Positions 59,330 through 64,000 of a stretch of DNA of 64,000 nucleotides are shown piece after piece (within the stretch, counting starts at the first letter, position 1; every line of letters begins with the position of its first letter). Source of the stretch: Octopus bimaculoides (taxonomy: Eukaryota); assembly GCF_001194135.2 (NCBI RefSeq), contig NC_068981.1, positions 35,611,757 through 35,675,756 of the forward strand, in the 5' to 3' direction. The position numbers and the translations under genes are program-made. Under the pieces are notes generated by a model. That model ran no database searches. It saw nothing but the letters and a program-made list of their open reading frames with translations, and was not told the DNA's origin.

Positions 59330-59510
59330 AAATACCAATCTTGAGAAATTAGGTTTCTCAGAACCAGAAAGGAGAAATCTGATTCAAAGACTACAAATCC
59401 AAGCCATCACTGGACTATAAAAATTTGTAAAACTTTCCAGAAGTTTATCATTTAAGTATACATGAGCATGTCTAGACATTCAGCTACATGCATGAGAATA
59501 CATACATAAA
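59330..59510 (+). mobile_element. 5'-truncated R4/Dong-like LINE 3' end (copy 1)
   Basis: Translates to LEKLGFSEPERRNLIQRLQIQAITG..KICKTFQKFII* (one frameshift), homologous to the C-terminus of ORF 60010..60603. Confidence 0.65.
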
Positions 59511-59525
59511 ACAAAATATGCAAAT

Positions 59526-59562
<37 letters not shown>

Positions 59563-59599
59563 CACACACACACACACACATACATACATACATGTATAC

Positions 59600-60730
59600 A
59601 TAGCACCTACTAAACAACAGCAGTAAAAATAAATATATTAATGCAGTCCTGAAAAGTGAAGTGAGCAACATTGTATGAGTTGGGAGTGAACTCCTCAAGA
59701 AACACTCTCTTCCTGATGATCTCCTATACAGTCCCAAAACAGCTGGGCTCTCTTACCCCAGAGAAGGCCTGGATGGAAAGCACTCAGTATACAAAAAAAA
59801 AAAGACCATACATAGGTATATTGCCTAGATGCTTGAAGAAAACAGTAGAATTGACATGAAGCACAGTCTCTCTTAGACATAAGACCACTACATCACATCA
59901 TACTTTTTGAAGGCTATGCATGTGCAATCCAGGAACAGGATATTGCCACAAAGTACTTGGTGAACAAGAGAGACAGTGACGCTCTTGTAATCCCAAGAAG
60001 TAACTGCATGTGAAGGCTATATCATGTTTCTGTGGAAGACATATTACACATGTGATTAGCAGCTGTCCTAAAATGTCGTCATGGTACTACCTCCTTATGT
60101 GGCACGATGTTATTGCTAAAACAATTTACAATGCTATCCGCAAAAAAGACTGTCCTGAAATAAACTTAGAAAATCCCTCTGCTATGGCATACATTCATAA
60201 ACACCAACTCAAAGAATACTGGTGGAATATTCCCATCAAAACTTCTGTTAAATGTAAGCATAACAGGCCAGATATTGTTGTTTGGGACAGAGGGGTAAAG
60301 ATATGTACCGTCATAGAGGTTGGCTACCCTGCAGGTATAAATATCTCTTTGAGAATCAAAGTAAAAGAGGATATCTATGGACAACTGCTTCAAAACCTCC
60401 AGTTTCTATATCCAGACTATGAATTCATATTCATACCAATAATAATTGGAGCATTAGGTTTTGTTAGTAAATGCTTAAAGGATAATCTAGATAAACTGGG
60501 ATTTTCAGAAAGAGAAATTGACTGGCTGATTCATATATTACAAGTTCAATCTGTGAATAGAACAGTAAAAATATGCAAGACTTTTTTCAAGTTCCAAATG
60601 TGAATTTGTCTGTGTTAACTACATCCCAAAGATGGAGCCTTGTATCTTTGTTGGAAACAGGCTCCCTCTTCAGTGGAAGATTTATAATAATTAAAATATA
60701 GAAGAGGCATACATACATACATACATACAT
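59600..60730 (+). mobile_element. 5'-truncated non-LTR retrotransposon with CCHC knuckle and restriction-like endonuclease (R4/Dong-like clade)
   Basis: FEGYACAIQEQDIATKYLVNKR, EDITHVISSCPKM, WWNIPIKTS..KHNRPDIVVWD...VIEVGYP...IPIIIGALG motifs (PD..D/E RLE). Frameshifted upstream. 3' stem-loop ggagcc...ggctcc (60634-60665) and (CATA)n tail. Confidence 0.85.
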
Positions 60731-60744
60731 ATTTACTTACTTAT

Positions 60745-61016
60745 TTACCTATGAAGAAAGAGCAAAAGAAACTGAAGTGTATTCTCCAAATCTAATCTAT
60801 GAGTGGTACAGTAAAGATTTGTAAGACATTCCAAAGATTCTTCATCTGAGATTATTTAGATGAACAAATGCACACACAAAAGTGTGTGTGCATTGACAGC
60901 TAAACCAACACACTAACTTAACCACATATTTACAAATATTGGGAACTCTCTTAACTCAAAAAGTTTCGTTGCTTTATGTTCTCTTAAGAACTTAAACAAA
61001 ATTCAAAGAAGAAACA

Positions 61017-61045
<29 letters not shown>
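60745..61045 (+). mobile_element. Third R4/Dong-like 3' fragment
   Basis: ggtacagtaaagatttgtaagacattccaaagattc (GTVKICKTFQRF) repeats the ORF end of the neighbouring copies. Ends in (CATA)n. Confidence 0.55.
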
Positions 61046-61049
<4 letters not shown>

Positions 61050-62384
61050 GTATGTGTGTATATGTATGAAAGTATTTGTATATGGTCACTAGAAATATGT
61101 GAAGTGAAATTTTTCACTGTGAATAGTTGTATATATGTTTTTGTATATTTTCTTGGGTTACATCGAGTATTTGCTTACATATTCATGTATATCTATCAAT
61201 ATATCCATCTATATACATATACATAAATCAACCTTCATCGTCATCTCAATCTATTATCAACACCAACACAACCAGCACCAACACCAGCACTAATACAATA
61301 GCTGCCATTACCAACCCATCAATTCCTCAATGACAATAACAACAACAGTAGCAATAGTATGTACAATATAACCCTCTCCAACGATCCTAAACCAATCACA
61401 TGAGATAATGTTATACTCTAGCGTATTTTAAATGTTTGAATGAAGTGTGTTTGATCTTAGGTCAATGAGAATTGACTTTAGACTCTACAGTTACAATTAG
61501 CAAGAACATTATGACCACTGCTACCACCAGCAATATCCCTACCATTACTATCACCGCAAACACCAAAACCAACACAATCACAACTACCAACTCAGCAACT
61601 TTCGAATAAGCAACTGGCAGCATCAATAATAGTATCAGCATGAGAGCAATGTCTGCAGTTACATATGATGCATGTCAACACAATAGTGTGCATGAGAATG
61701 TGTGAGTAGTGTGAAGTTTTTATGTCTTAGATCAGAGTTCAAGGAGCAAAGTACCCATGAACCTGGTAAATCTTCAACTAACTGTAACTATATAGTACTT
61801 CCTTCCACCTCATTCCTTCAGACTTTTACCCTCTCATTTCCTTTCTTACATCCATAGGAATAAGACATTAATATTTTTCTATCACAAAACAGTTCTTTAC
61901 TGGTGCTTCTGCTTTACTACCTATTTGTTGTGGATAATTGTTGATCATTGCTGCTGTTAGATTTACCTATGATTAAAGATGTCTGGAAAGAATCCATGAA
62001 GTGGAACTGAAGCTAGTTGTGTGAAAAGGAACCACAAAAGGATTACAGTTGATATTAAATTTGTTTGAAGAATGTTTGATGTGTTCGAAAAAAATTAGCC
62101 ACAATACCAAAGCATTAAAGCTTGTACAGGGAACAATATGTGACAATAAAGAGAAAATTAAGCCAGGTGCTCAAGAATCCCTCAAGTGGATGTTGATGAT
62201 GAACTATAAGATAGAAGGTTGTTTCTTACACCAGCACCAACCCTCACACAATAATGAACATTTTTAGTCATAAGAACATACCCTATTATGGTATTATAAA
62301 TCTTGTTTATTCCCTAAAATATTTCTCTTTAAATGTTTTTAAATGTTCATATCGTTTTGTCATTGTTGTCATCTTTGTCATTGT

Positions 62385-62880
62385 CATCATCATCATCATT
62401 TAACTTCTAATTTCCATGCTGGCATGGATTGGATGGCTTGACAGGAACAGGTAAAGCCAGGGGCTGCAGTAGGTTCCATAATCTGTTTTGGATTGGTTTC
62501 TACAGCTTGATGCCAACCACTTTACAAAGAGTACTGGGTACTTTTTATATGGCACCATCATCATTGCTTTTCACATGGTACCATCAGCAGTTCTTTTTTG
62601 TGGCACCAGCACCAGTGCTCTTGCACACTGCATATAATTCCTCTTGTGCCTAACTTTTCTCTCAATACATTAGTGCTCTATCACACATGTACACTGATGT
62701 TTGCACATCTAGTGGAGCATATTAGCTTCATCCTTCTCCAGTCTTTGCATGTCCTCTGTATTCAGGGCCCATGTCTCACTACCATGTAGCATTGCAGTTT
62801 GTACACATGCTTCATAAAATATTCTTTTCACTCAGTGATAGAGAGAGAGACCTTTGGTTTCCAACAGAGGTAAAGGTAAA
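62385..62880 (-). mobile_element. RTE-clade LINE 3' remnant (RT C-terminal region + shared tail)
   Basis: Minus translation KGLSLSL...FYEACVQTAMLHGSETWALNTEDMQRLEKDEANMLH resembles the RTE ORF (YgsEtW motif). It continues into the same ccatgccagcatggaaa...(tga)n tail as the SINEs. Confidence 0.7.
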
Positions 62881-64000
62881 GTGTATTCAGAAATTGTTTC
62901 CATGCATAAAAGAGATTGTGTTACTTGTTTTCTTGTGTTGTTCTAAAATAATCTGAAAGAATACTTTATTACTCTACAACATGAAATCAACGAGAAAATT
63001 AATTTCACATTACAGGATTTCATATTATGTTAAGTTTTTCAGGAATTCATTATTCTCATAATGTGGGTGATTCTTGTACTTAAGCAAAATTGCATGATTA
63101 GAACTCTTGAAATATATTCCTGGAATTAAATATCCCAAAGTATTTTGGCATCAACTTTTGTATGCTATATCAATTCCACTATGCCAATAATTATTTAACA
63201 AGCTCATAGACAGAACAATGGCTTCTGGTTATCTCCCTTTAGATTAATTTTTTTTTTATGTAGGTCACAAATGTCTGTTGTAGGTAATTAGTAGATATTA
63301 GATTGCTTTACTCAATTACAAAATCTCTGTGAACTAATGGTACTGATATTATCAGTAATTGGAGATTGTTGTTGATATTAATTTTGTTATCTGCTCTTAT
63401 ACTGTTCCTGTCTTCACCATCTCCTTACTTGGTTTTCTTAGATGTGAAAATGACTAGAAGTTTCCCTGTTAGTTTAAACAATTAGTCTTGAAATGTGTTT
63501 CTCTAAATTAAACAGAAATTAGTAATTGACTAATAAATATTTTCAATCTTATTTTCCTTTCTTAGCCTCTCTTTCTTCCTTCTCCAACTTCTGTTCTTTT
63601 TCTCTTTCTTCCCTCTTTGACTGAGTTCCTTCTTTTCCAACTCTTCTTTTCTACAGTTTTATTTAATTTTTTTAGTATGTCTCAAGTGTTCACTTTAAAC
63701 AGCTCTTGTAGACAGAATAATTAGTTTTAGCTTTCTTGAGTAGATAAAACAATATATGTATCTCCTCAAAGCCATCTTCATGACCTTAATCATAAATTGT
63801 TAAACCATCTAAGAACTCCTTTCATAATCAGTATAAATGATATTTTAGATGCTGTTGCAACGTTTATTTCCAGTATAATACTATAGGCTGAATAGTTGAG
63901 TTACTGATTATAGAACTATATAATGTGACGAAGGCTTACCTTCCTCTTCAGGAACAGAAAATAGAAACATAGTAAAGACTGTATCATAAAAAAATGACCT

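Noticed and set aside
60010-60603. 197-aa ORF as a host gene
   Set aside because: It is the CCHC/RLE C-terminus of a frameshifted non-LTR retrotransposon.
63940-63978. 39-nt minus-strand candidate exon (FTMFLFSVPEEE) with gtaagc donor
   Set aside because: Phase 1 end cannot join the phase 0 exon at 53954; no FN3 similarity; at window edge.

Overview
AT-rich, microsatellite-dense eukaryotic genomic DNA with many N gaps. The repeat content suggests an octopus (coleoid cephalopod) assembly; this is inference, not a database result. One real gene is present: the 3' part of a minus-strand L1-family/neuroglian-like cell adhesion gene. Seven GT-AG exons (53954-53711, 51861-51739, 50720-50535, 25001-24888, 18552-18391, 14440-14414, 8933-8788) splice in frame to 1002 nt (333 aa + stop). 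They encode the second half of one FN3 domain, two further FN3 domains, a 27-nt juxtamembrane microexon and a terminal exon. That terminal exon looks like a GPI-anchor signal rather than the transmembrane + FIGQY tail typical of L1 proteins. The upstream exons (Ig domains, earlier FN3) are not visible and presumably lie beyond 64000. The rest is intron and flank filled with SINEs, LINE remnants (RTE, CR1, R4/Dong-like), Helitron/Helentron-like elements and simple repeats. Highlights: (1) a probable GPI-anchored neuroglian/L1 form; (2) a complete minimal hammerhead ribozyme inside a ~280-bp foldback; (3) a microexon with three in-frame acceptors; (4) R4-like and RTE-like retroelements repeatedly inserted in (CATA)n tracts, one carrying three C2H2 fingers. 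Repeat coordinates are approximate; exon coordinates were counted by hand.
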